Assembly (NCBI GenBank): GCA_905331295.1
Contig: CAJNYD010000015.1
Coordinates: 372,001 to 409,500, forward strand
Direction: 5' to 3'
Source: Rotaria socialis
Taxonomy: Eukaryota
DNA length: 37,500 bases
Below, in pieces: positions 1-12,400 of the stretch (position 1 is the stretch's first letter; every line of letters starts with the position of its first letter). Position numbers and translations under genes: made by a program. The notes under the pieces are model-generated. The model searched no databases and had not been told where the DNA came from. It saw only the letters and a program-made list of their open reading frames with translations.

Positions 1-2994
1 TGGGCCAAATGTATAACGAAACCTTGTAGGATCTCTGAACAAACAATCTAAGTGATAAAAAAAGCATTGAATTTTAACTCATATGTCAACCATTTATCTT
101 TTCCTGTTGAAAAATTTGACTTCTATCCGAATTCGCGGCGAGAAAATCCAATTGGCGCTCAAATGAAATAACTCGGGCGAATAGAAAACGAAGCCAGACT
201 GTCATGATCCGTACGTACATGGCCGAATTTTATGAATTTGAGATGAAAACACTCACGAACATGATAGCTTGACACAAGTGTCAACTATTGAGATTTATAT
301 CGAGATATTTTTACAAAGGGTAACAGTGTGAGGCAGTTTTTTCAGAAAATTTCTTGTAATTCTATAGGAAATCACACTAGGCTCTAGATAACGAACAGAG
401 CCACTCTATTCAGGATGAAATGAATGATATACATGCAAAGTTTTCGAAGTTTTGTGCATCCGGTAAGTGTGGAATCTCGTAATCGATAAAATCGAGATCA
501 TTTTATAATATTTTAATGGATCAATAGGTTGCTTATACTTGAATAGATTGTTTTCGAATAATTCTAAATACGATGACACCCTTAATCGTCTAGAGACATG
601 TGCGATTTCATCCGAAATCTGAACGAATCAAGTAATAAACATTGCCTCATGCTCCTTTAGCTTTTCTTAAAATATCGTTGGATCCATAACAGTTTACCAG
701 TGTGAAAAATTGTCAGATTTTTTCAGAGTCTGATTCATCATTTAACAGTATTTGAACATGCACTCCAAGACCATGACAATCTGATATTACCCGTTACTAG
801 AATAGTCTTTTGTAAATTTTTTTGTTGGCTCTTTCTTAACTCGGATTAGCATAGAACTTGAAATTCTCAGTAAATGAAATGCTATCAATCAGGATTAGCA
901 TGTAATTAGCTCAGATCCTAAATCTAATGAAGTCAAGCTACGGATTCTACAAGCGAATGAATCGACCTGTTTCTATTTTACAGATAATACAACCCTGATC
1001 GTTATTAACATACTTAAATTAATATTTTTCGCGATAGAGCGCAAGGAAACAAATTTTCGAACAGCTACTTTACTTTAGTTACTCTGAGAAGCATTAAAAC
1101 ATATCACCGCATTTTTGGCTAAAATCTGCTGAAAATATTCGGATCTGGCATGAATTGATCCGCGAATAATGTTGATTACCAGTATTTCTTATTTTTTAAG
1201 TTACAAGTTTTGTGAAGGTGGGGAAAAAAAGCGTTTCCCTTTCATACCGACAGAGCGAATGAATCATAAGTTAGTTCTTTCCATCAGTCTTCTGTTAATC
1301 ACATTATTTCTATGCAACATCGCAGTATAGATTTGATGACGATGATTCATTACATTGTTTTGTTTTTTAATTTTTATGAGCTTCAGTCAATGTCTTTATC
1401 CACTTTCTTCCAGTAGGTCAATGTTTTCAATGCTAGAAAAAGTTAAATCGGGCAAATTTACGAAATTTTTATTGCGAATTTCAATCGGGCCATTTCATTT
1501 TCATTTCATTCAAAATAAAAAATTTATACCTTCAGGATACAAAAGCCTGACAAAAGAGAGGGAGTGTTGTTTAAATGTTGTCGAACGACCGAAATTTCCC
1601 ATTGAGAAAAAAATGGAATTCTAAGAATGTTAGAACGCTGAGACGTGAAGTCTATGGTTCGCGTATACAAACGTCAGGAAGATAAAAATATAACCAAGTA
1701 AAAACACTTATTTCGTTAGCAATTCGAACAATAGCGGATGTTATAAAGTATGCATATGTACATTCTAAGATGGTAGGTTGACTGCTCAGTCTAACGAAAA
1801 GATCGTTGCGTGAGTACTGAGTGCGTTTCTTTAAAATAGGTGTTTACTAACGAAAACGCATTTTTTGCTTACCTTTGAGTATAGTCAACAATACTATCGA
1901 TCAATGACGATGAAATGATTGCTTTTTATTTTCTATTTCATGTTCTGTCGTTTGAAGAACAGCTAGTAAATTAATTCAAGAGTGCACACCGAGCGAGAGA
2001 GAGAGAGAGAGCGTAGGTAACAAAAATGCGCAGGTGCTTTCATGCCGGTTCAGAAATTACTTTGGCACGAAATCAATTCAATTTTTCTGACTCTGATGAA
2101 TTGGACAGCCACTGAATCAATTTTGCTTCCTTAAGATTTCAGTTCAGTATGAAAATCATGAATTTGAAGTAAGATATCACCAAAAGTCTGATTTACACAT
2201 AGGTGCTTGATCAAATTATATATGAATGCATTTGTCTACATGATTTGTGATTATTCCTTTAATTTTACTGCCAATCCGTAGTGTTGCCTGACTTTTTTTA
2301 TTTTTGTGCAAAATATATATTTAGTCAACGTAAACATTTCTTCAAATCAATCGCACAAGAAGAAACATCAGTCGCATGTTTTTTTATTGACAACTGTGAC
2401 AACTTCGAGCATTGATTCAACATGAAATGTTTTTAATTTATTTGTAGTGTGCTACTGTATACTGGCTTGTAAGTTTAATATAGAGTAAAATAGAAGGAAA
2501 AGAAAGAAAAAGAACTTTCGTAACGGTTATTCATGCTCAAATTGAGAAAGGCAACAGTACTGTTACATAATAAGTCATGAGGATGATGCCTCATCTCTGA
2601 TAAGTGCTGTCCGATATCGTGTTGCGTTATAATTGTTTCGTTCTTTCTTTCGTTTCTCTTGACTCATGTTGATTTTCTTTATTCTTGTTATTCTCTCTTT
2701 ATTTTTCTCTTCATCAACAAAAGAAGATCGTCCTGTTGTTTGTTTTTTTCGTCGACACAGTCGACTCACTTTAGCTTTTTTGTAAAATAAAGATTTATTC
2801 GCCTATTTTCTCCTAACTGAGAAACAAGCAAAACTTATTAATATATTTAACGAGTACATATTGAATTAGACATGATAAATAAGGCTGAAAAAGCCATTTG
2901 ATTAGAAATTCGAAGAGATTTAGAAAGAAGCCCCTATTTATGATTAGATATTGGACAGAAGTAAGAAAACCTTCGAACTCGTCGAAGATGAATC

Positions 2995-3470
2995 ACAAAT
3001 ATAACATCAGCAAGCTTCCGATGACCAGTGACCAAGAATTTTAATCAAATAAGTTGCTAGTCCAACTTTTGCTACCGTTGAAGTGAAACCAAGACTTCGA
3101 GAATGTTCCAAATCAAGAGAACCACTGATCGCTAAGCTCAATATTACTTTTCTTAAGCATTTTACAAATTCTGGTCCAGTTAGACCACATCCAGTCGACA
3201 AAATAAGCAATGGATATGAGTTTGATGATAGATACCTAAATAGTTTCGATCTGCATTGGACATATGTACGAAGATATCTTCTTGGATATAAATAATTATG
3301 TGTACTGTAATAACGAAAGCAAAACATCAAACTTACATCAACAAATTTTGGAGCGTTGCAACAGAAAAGTAGTCGAATTACGATTTAAACGTATATCAGA
3401 AAATGTTACATTGCATGAAGCGTTATATTTATTGACCTTGAATTCACCAGGACGTAGAAAGCCGTAGAAA
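2995..3470 (-). mobile_element. Degenerate tyrosine recombinase (YR) fragment of a DIRS/Ngaro-type retrotransposon (or Crypton)
   Basis: Two minus-strand ORF pieces (3338-3529, 3007-3330), joined across a frameshift/stop, give FYGFLRPGEF...LQRSK...THNYLYPRRYL...LTGPEFVKCLRK...EHSRSLGFTS...LIKILGHWSSEAC*CYI. This follows the DIRS YR pattern F.GFLR.GE / SKTD / LCP / HSFRIGAAT / GRW.S.AY.RY. It has stops and a degenerate HxxR, so it is inactive. Confidence 0.8.
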
Positions 3471-3474
3471 GTGC

Positions 3475-3531
3475 GGGTGTGGGTGTGGGTGTGAGCGACT
3501 AATAAATAATACACTCCATACACCCACACCC
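3475..3531. repeat. Short inverted repeat built from telomere-like (GGGTGT)n units
   Basis: (GGGTGT)x3 at 3475-3492 and its reverse complement ACACCCACACCC at 3520-3531, separated by an AT-rich spacer. Confidence 0.75.
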
Positions 3532-3881
3532 TTTGTCTCCATGTTAATCATTAATTATATTAGTTGAAGAAGCATAGAATATCACAGAAAAAAGAGGATT
3601 ATCTTTATAATGACTTTATCACTGCAAATGAAGTAAAGTTTCTTTAATCTTTCTCTTGGCGAATATAGACATCCACTACTCATTTGAGATTACCCGAAGT
3701 CAAGAACAAATTAAAATGCGTTATTATCTACGGATTCTTTCATTCACTGTACTTCGTGATGTAGTATAAAAATATAAAAAAGTTTTCTCTTTATTATTCA
3801 CTGCCTGAACGTATCGCTACATGTCTAGTATAAATTGTTTTTTAACCTTAACATTTTTTTTTCAAATTATCTTCAATAACT

Positions 3882-4660
3882 ATGAATGAGAGTTCAATTG
3901 TGACACTCAGCATAATGATCAGTGGTATAACCTTACACGTTCCTTGTTTCACCATCGTTCTTGAAACATTGAGTAGTTTTTGCAATCTCTTAACATTCAC
4001 ATCAATAGAGTTGCGTAAAAATGCATATGGCTTTTACTTCTTATGCTCATCAATATTCGACTTGATGTATATAATGTTTGGTGATTTAACAAATCTCATG
4101 AGCGATCACTATTCCTTTTTATTACCGAGTAAATCTGCTATTTATTGCAAAGGGTGAACATCTCTGGCGATTGTAATGCCAGTATTGGCTATGTTTATTT
4201 TATGGTGCTTTCATCAATTAATCGATATTTACTAACATCAAACTCGAGAAGATGGAATAAATTCAGCAATATTTCGATCGATCACGACATTGCACTTTTC
4301 AGTATTATTTTCTGGATGCTATTTTTTTGTCCATCACTCATTTATATTGATTTGCAATTAGTAGATCCCAATAAGAATATTTACGCATGTATACCTAAAC
4401 CTCACATTTATACAATATTTGTTACTATATGCCGCCTTTTTTTCATACAATTTTAGCGTATACGATTATGTTCTTTCAAATTGGTGTAGGGATAATATTG
4501 GCTTTATTTCGATCTCTCTACTTAGCATATAGTTTACTCTCGGCAAATATGCCAAAAAGTGCTTACAGGATGACTGTTGAATAATTTTTGAATCGATTTT
4601 CTCTTACTATATATTATTTCAATTTCGCAAAATCCTTTCCTGTCAATATTTTGACATCTT
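3882..4660 (+). pseudogene. Rhodopsin-like (class A) GPCR pseudogene
   Basis: TM1-2 CNLLTFTSIELRKNAYGFYFLCSSIFDL, ECL1 IYCK, TM3 VLSSINRY (DRY-like), TM4 IIFWML, TM6-7 IMFFQIGVGIIL...KSAYRMTVE*...YYFNFAKSF.VNILTS. Lesions: TGA at 4155-4157, a frameshift near 4190, apparent loss of most of TM5/ICL3 near 4455, and TAA at 4582-4584. Confidence 0.8.
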
Positions 4661-6405
4661 TCGTGGACGTTTGATTCATACATAGAAACATTTGAAAGAA
4701 AGTAAATCTTTTAAATTAGAAGTCATATAGCATGCATTACCTGTAAAATTAGTTGCATTTAGAGGATGTGAATGATGCAGCATTAAAGCATGTCGTCTTC
4801 GCAACCTTTCATGCAAAGGAACTAGGAAACCACATTCAATGCTAACACTCACTTGAGCTTATTAGATTCATAAAGAGACCTTGCTAAGAGTAAAATTAAT
4901 CGCAGAAGGTACATACTGATGAGTTGCTAGAGTGAATGCATGGATATTTCGTTGAATTTTCGAGTTATTTTGATGTATTTTCTGGAAATTCATTTATTGT
5001 CATTTGGATCTGCAATGTTATCTTAGTAGATATTATTGATGATGCTTATTTTTTTTTTAATTTCTAATTAAGGTAATCAAGAACTACCAACACAAACTAT
5101 CCGATAACGTCAAAATGAGCCTGAACTGTCTGCTATCACTCATTAATATTACTCGGAATAATCGTGCTATCCCGAATGAGGATCAATATTCATCATGTGA
5201 CTTAATGTAAATATGCTTTTGAGTCTATATATCACCTGTCTCAATATTGCATCTTGTGAATTTTTATCGTAGATGTTTTTCTCTTTAATAAGGATCGGAA
5301 AAAACAAGTAATTCTAGATTAAGGTTTGAACTACTTGTCAGTTTATATTGAAGAAAGGCTTTTTCAAATAAAAGCAATAATCATATTCAATAAATAGTCG
5401 TCATACAACTGGATGAAATATTTTCGAAACATTACATTGTTTACTAGTTGAATAATTAAAAATATAATGTAAGCGAAGTACGGATTTTTTTATTACGAAT
5501 GCCGATCCGCGAGTACGAGTATAAGTACCAAGCCTTCAGTATCAGTAATACCTCAAGTAATGCACACAAACAAATACAATGCCCCTCACTTCTATTTATT
5601 ATCCGCAGCTTGGAAACTTTTTTGAAAAGAAGCATCTTTCATTATTGATTAGTTGAGAGAAAACAGGACTCCCGAAACCATTTTCATTCTGTAGTAAAAA
5701 TGACGAAATGCTTAGCAACGAAGTTTACTTTACTTGTATAAAATAGAATTTTCAAGCAATATTTTTTAAGTTACACAAATATTATCTCTTTTGCTATTGT
5801 TATTTCTTCAGGCATATTTAGAAGAGCTACCAACAAATAGAAGTTTGAAGTCTAAACAAACGATTATGCAATTGTGACCGAAATGGAGCTTGTACAGGTC
5901 TTACAATAGATTCTACTTCACAAGCTACGAATTTAATAGTGAACATCTGTAAAGCATGCTATAATAAATAGATTTCTGCTTAGATAAAGATTACCTGTTG
6001 TAGTTTAGATTCGAATAAGTGTCAAAAACAATTTACTGGTGACATTTTAACAGCTTGATTCAGCAAATATTGAAATGAACACAATAGAAAACATTTATGA
6101 AATGCAGAGTTAGCGTGGGAAAGAGACATTTCGCACTAACTTTTCATTACGATTTCCCGACACATAAAAACATACATGCTCTTTGGAATGACAAAAATTT
6201 AAAATAAGCAGGATGTTCGGAATGAAATGTGGACAACGTTCATTCCGATTTCCCTGTATTTTTTTAATTACGATATCCTGACCAACATGTGTTACGTACT
6301 CCTGGTAAATGTTTTTAAAGGCAAAAGTCAATTCCGAGCAGCTCAACGGATTACCGGGTGCTCGGGACACTGGTACGAAATGTCTTCGTCCCGTTAGCGT
6401 ATGCC

Positions 6406-7370
6406 TCAGATAGGTACACAGCGATAGTAGGTTGAACCATTCGACGGAATTCCTTCTGGGTCGACATACGAGTAAGTGTCACTCTCAGCTCGAAATTCGT
6501 GACGACTATGATAATTAGAACGAAGGAATGCTTCATTATCACCCGATTCTGGCACTTGTTTGTAGGAATTGTAGCGTAGGATGGCATAATTTCGACCACG
6601 TACAAGAGTAAACACGGCGATAGTACCTTGCATTATAACTGGACTAGCACCCGTTGATAAATTTGGCTCATGTGACATGCTGACCTTAAGACGAACAGGT
6701 ACTGTAGTCTTTTGTTCATCTTTAATCCCTAAAATGGCATAGCCGTAATTGATTTGTTGTGGAAGACAGCCACCAGTGTCGGTCGTACTCTTGCATGTTC
6801 TTCTAGTCTTAACCATATCATTTGTGCCGAGTTGTCGTTCGAGAAGTTTCAAATCGAATAAATTGTAGAATAGAAGTGCATCTTGTGGATCATATTTGTC
6901 ATCGGATTCACTATATTGAATCCCAATTGCAGGCATAATATGATCGTAATCATCATCTATTTCTTCTGTATCGGCAATATAAACGGCAATAATACATGGA
7001 TGCCGTTGTACAAGATGTTTTTTGAGCCACATGCAGTGTCGCTGAAATTGAGGTTGCGCTTCCTCTTTAAAATTCCATTTCTCAAACTTGAAAAGAAGAG
7101 TTTCAAGAGTATCCGCATCGTTTCCATCATCCGTTATTAATAGTTCTCCTTCATTAATCGAACGTGTTAACTGTTGTGAGATCCAACAACCATAGTACAA
7201 ACCTAAACAAATACGTATATGCGAAGAAAATATGCAGATCATGATTCATGAAATAATAACATACCAATAGATTGAAGTGCAGTTTCACCGCAAAATCCAT
7301 GTCCATTTTCCCATTGTGTTCTTGGCTCAATGTCGAGAATCACACGCTTTTTTTCTTTTTCTCCACTCAT
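6406..7370 (-). CDS. Papain-fold / peptidase C39-like protein, 300 aa, 2 exons (7370-7265, 7202-6406)
   Basis: ATG at 7370. A 62-bp GT..AG intron (7264-7203) joins MSGEKEKKRVILDIEPRTQWENGHGFCGETALQSIG in frame to the LYYGCWISQ... ORF. Q-W...C-G, PCIIAV, YDHIM and FYN motifs fit a C39-like Cys/His catalytic arrangement. The C-terminal region is beta-rich. Confidence 0.75.
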
Positions 7371-7706
7371 GATGCTTGATTATGACGTTTAAAAAAATGA
7401 GTGTGGTTCTTAACAATAATTGTTTCTTTCCTAACAGCCGCCACAACCCATTTCGTCGACGGTTTCTGCGTATTTTATCCAATTGAGTTTTTTCTATACA
7501 CGTTGGTTGTGTTTCTACCGCTCCGCCTTCTTCATGACATTACATGAGCGACAGCATAGAAAGAAACAGAGATGAATAATGCTACTAACGAGCAATACAA
7601 TACGTGCTATGTTCGAACATAAACCAAATACTTTCGAAATGACTCATCACTCGATTGTATAAAATAACTGAAACAAACAGAAAGACTCATCTGATCTATT
7701 CATGAA

Positions 7707-7806
7707 TAGGGGTGGACCGTTGATTTTAATTTGAGTTAATTAAGAGAGTTAATTAAGTGGTTTTACTTAACACTTCATATTAAATTAACGTAAAGTGCCA
7801 CCCCTA
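7707..7806. mobile_element. 100-bp non-autonomous hAT-like MITE
   Basis: Termini TAGGGGTGG...CCACCCCTA (the inverted match extends imperfectly inward), flanked by an 8-bp direct repeat TTCATGAA at 7699-7706 and 7807-7814. TAGGG termini plus an 8-bp TSD are hAT hallmarks. Confidence 0.75.
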
Positions 7807-9412
7807 TTCATGAATGAAACTAATACGCAAACATGATGCTATGTATAGCTAATTCGAGCGAATACGTAAGCGAAGTAATATGAGAGATGTAGAAAAAAAA
7901 TAGTGTGCTATGCTGATACACAGTAGTGTCGCCCGACAAGGATTTTAATCATATGACGTTAGGGTGTAGATACTGTTTGCCGTACGAGTGTTGATGAATA
8001 CATATAAAAGATCAACAGTCATATAAACAGCTACGCTTACATCCAGACACTCAACATGAATTTTCCTAGCACCAGTTTCTGGTTTGATTCTTGTTCGCTT
8101 ATGTTTTTTTATATATGTTCAGCATCTTCTACTGTACAGTAATTCTTCTCCGCATGGAAACAAAATTCTTCACAAAATAGATTTGAATATTTGTCAGTCA
8201 GATTCCAAATAACTGCTCTGGATATATAGTCAAACTTATAATCTAACAGCAATTTCGAAATTATAACGAAGAATATTCTATTCTCTCAAAACTCTACGAA
8301 CCGGCTTGACTGGAAAAAGTGGTCTGCCAAAACCTCTAGTTGATACGGTAATATTTCTATGCGTTTTTATTAGATAAATAGGTTTTCATTATATTTATCT
8401 GGAAAACGTATCAAATATTTATTAGTCTAAGGTTTTTCTGTAGATCACAATTCTAATATTATTCTAAAAAGTTATTTTCTATGACTAAGAACTATTTTTT
8501 ATATTAATTATGGTAAAATTTTACTTAAAATTTTGGTTTATAGAGAAAAAGAAGTCATTTATAAAATAAAATTCATACATGTATATGAAGTTTTCGTGGT
8601 TCAACAAATCAAATAAACTTTTCCATCACCTTCGGTCACTGGCATCGGCGGGCCAGCGTCTTCTATGGAGTGTATGGCGTATGTACATATGCAGATAGAT
8701 TGTCATCTTTAATAAAAAGTCAAATTCGAAAACTAAGCAAAGATAGACGGCGTGGCTAGCATCAGTGGCTTCAGCGCGTTCATAAATAATAGGGAAAGTG
8801 ATTTCGAGCAAAATCTAAGTTTTGTTAGAGTTAAAATATGTATGATTTATACACAATTAAATGCTCATTGTTTTGGGAAAACTTTCTCATGTCTTTCTAG
8901 TGCGTAACGTGACACTTCGTAGATCGAAATTTCGAGAAGGTTTTTGTTTTATTTAAGATAAACAAATTTCGGTATATCATTTTATACGTCGTTTTGGTGC
9001 ACCGATTAAGAATTCAATACTTTTTTGTTTGCAGTCATTTATATGTTGAAGTTTTTAAACAAGATTATTTTTTATTTAAGGTTAAATCTAGGACAGCGGC
9101 TTTTTCAAACATAATTATTATTCAATAAGATGCTTAAAATTTTATTAAAATTATTTATTCTTTTATTTAATTTCAATGTTTCGACTACTTCAATGCTTAT
9201 CATAATCAAGAACACATGTAGCAAACCAAACATGATAAAATAGTAATTTAATTTTTACACCAAAGAAAATGCGATAAAAGTTTTTAATAGAGATAAGTTA
9301 AAACGCGAAAATTCCTATCTATTGAAATGATTAGGAGAGTTAACAAGTATCTTAGAAAAAGTAACCAAGCTATGGTTAGACTAGTCGATAAGACGAGGAG
9401 AATAGTCGGCAG

Positions 9413-12400
9413 ATGAAACTCTCGATGGCTCAGTGAGTATTTTGTTCATTAGTTAGACTAAAAAGTATCTGAAAAACCACGAGAAATTGATTACATAAGT
9501 TTTTGCGCTATTAATCCAACAAAAATACAAATGATATAAACAACACATGTTTGATATAAAAATAAATATAGTTATTATTTTGCAACAATATAATGTCTTT
9601 ACAACGGATACCTTGATTTTACTACAGTTCAGCCGAAATAAGATTCGTTTTTAAACAAAATCTGCTATATTTAAAGTGTACGAAAAGTTCATTTTCAAAC
9701 AATTCAAGTTCATAATACTCATGGAATAAATAAATGTGTCAACACTATAGGTGATCGTTGTTTGAATTTCGCGATAAGGTGTCTTTTTCGTTAACATTTG
9801 TTTCTGCCAAACAAGATCAGAGTATCTTATTGGTTGAAAACTAACATCCAATCATAGATCAAATAAAAGAAAGAACGGAAGAAGTAAAAGTCCATAAATA
9901 ATAAATAACGAAAAACTGATCATTGAATTAATGATTATCGTTCTATTTATCATATTTTAAAATAGTTTGTTAAAATTATTTAACTTTAATATACCAGAGG
10001 AGAAATGGTCGATTCATCACAAATAGATGCATTTGATGATTGGGTTTTTGATCTTAATGAAACAGTTAATTATGATGACAATCATCCGTCACCAGCTATA
10101 TCAACAAATGAATCTTCTTTACCGATAATCCAAACATCCTCGTTAGTAAATAAAGAAGAAGAAAATAACATAAAGAAACGTAAAAATGAACAAAAAACTG
10201 ATTTAAATGAAAACAAAAAAACAAAACAGGCACCATCATATATGAGAAGAAACATTCGACAGTTATATAAAAGTGATCAATTGCAAGTTGATACACTATC
10301 AGCACTGAAAGCTGAACAAGATCGTCTTAAAAGATTGGAAGAAATTAATAAACAAAATCAAATATACAGTCCAATGTATAATAATGTGCCACCAAATTAT
10401 TATAATCCATTGAAAAAATTATTAAACGAACAGGAATGTATTATTTTGGATGGCGATGAAAATGAACAAAGAAGTTTATCAGCGCTAACTACAAATTCAG
10501 GTAGAAAACATCGTGATATTGTTTTAGAAAACGATAATTATCTATGTTAAATTAGAATTAGATCTAAGCGTTTCCCAAACAAATCAGAATTTAAGATAGT
10601 TTTTTCTCTACTTGAGAGTTTTGTGATAACTAGCCAGTAAAATAAATTGTTTCATTTATGTATGTTTACGTTATTTTTAATTATGAAATATCTTGTATAC
10701 TATACTGATCAAAAAATTGGAAAATCACTGAATTGTCCTAGTTGAACTAATGAGGTCATAGTAACTTTTTTATACTGAATAATATACTGAAAACCTTTCA
10801 GAGTTCAACTATTCTAATGAAACCTCTCGGAAATTTTTAATTAATTTTATAAAAACTTCAAAACTAATATCTAGAAGTTTTCTATAGATTCTTATATTGA
10901 TACAAGTAAAACAAGAGTCAATAATCGTGATGATGACGATGATGACGACGACGACGACGACGACGACTACGACAATGATGATAGTAACGATTCTGATGTC
11001 CAATCTATTGATGGTGATACTGAATTTGTGAATGATAAATTAGCTAAAAGGTTGCAACGTTTACATGTCGATGATCGTGTCAATGTACCAAATGATGATG
11101 GTAAGCAACTACTATTACATTTAATATACTACTCATTTATTATTTAGGCAATGTATTAATTAATATAAACCATCCGAGTGATGATCCTGATTTGTATATA
11201 CCAAAACATCTTTGTTCTATTCTTAAACCTCATCAAATTGGTGGCGTACGTTTCATGTATGATAATATCGTTGAATCTCTTCAACATTTTCAAGCAACAC
11301 CCGGTCTTGGTTGTATTCTTGCACATTCGATGGGTTGCGGGAAAACTGTACAAGTATATAAAAAGAAGCTCTTTAACCTTCATTCTAACCACTTAAAAAT
11401 TGCGTTTTTGTTTTTGTTTTTAGGTAATTACATTTATTGATATTTTATTACGCTACACAAAAGCGAAATCAGTACTTATTGTTGTACCAATCAATACAAT
11501 ACAGAATTGGGTTAGCGAATTTAATCGCTGGTGTCCATTGGATGATCCCAGTATTGAATATAAACGTCCGTATCAATTGTATATATTAAATGATGCAGCG
11601 AAAAAATTTGCTCAACGTGCTAACATTGTTCAAAGTTGGTCACGAACTGGTGGAACACTTCTTATTGGTTACGAAATGTTTCGTTTATTGGTAACTAAGA
11701 AAAGTTTGAAAACAGGAACATCTGTAAAAAGTAATAATTATAATATTAAAGCAACGAAGATATGTAGTCCATCGACGTCGTTTATTGGCGATCTTGAAGA
11801 TGATGATAAAAATATGGAAATAATTGAAGGTAAAAGAAACACGACAAATACATGCAACGAAATCATTTATTTTTGATACAGATATGAGAAATACATTGAT
11901 TAATCCTGATCTTATAATATGTGATGAAGGTCATCGAATAAAAAATCATCAAGCTAGTGTTGCAATGGCATTAAAATCAATAAAAACAAAGTAGGAGAAT
12001 GTCTCTAAATAGATTGTTGAAACTTATTGTATTTTAGGCGACGTATTGTTCTTACCGGTTATCCACTACAAAATAATCTCATTGGTAAATATGATAGCAA
12101 GGCAGTTCGTAAAAAATATTAAAAAACGAACTTTTCAATCATTAAAAACATCCAAGAAAAGATCCTCTCAAAAAATAAAAATGATTGTTTTCTATTTTAT
12201 TTAGAATATTGGTGTATGGTGGATTTTGTTCGTCCAAATTATCTTGGTAGTAAACAAGAATTTTGTAACATGTTTGAACGTCCTATTCTCAATGGTCAAT
12301 GTATTGACTCAACGACCGAAGATGACAAATTGATGCGTGCTCGTTCTCATGTTTTACATAGTTTACTTGAAGGGTTTATTCAAAGGTAATTGCTTAATCG

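Noticed and set aside
1..2500. Possible non-autonomous TE fragments, ORF 1355-1624 and a (GA)n tract near 1995-2011
   Set aside because: No paired TIRs, TSDs or protein motifs could be established by eye.
2575..2769. Basic, charged 64-aa ORF, possibly a Helitron or other TE fragment
   Set aside because: Low complexity, no ATG start and no diagnostic motif.
5475..5560. GAGTAC/AAGTAC-rich stretch resembling MITE subterminal repeats
   Set aside because: Too degenerate, and no termini were found.
10809..11003. Antisense or alternate-frame ORFs (poly-Val here; also 6883-7140, 29596-29844, 31923-32321 and similar)
   Set aside because: These are shadows of real exons and their trinucleotide repeats.
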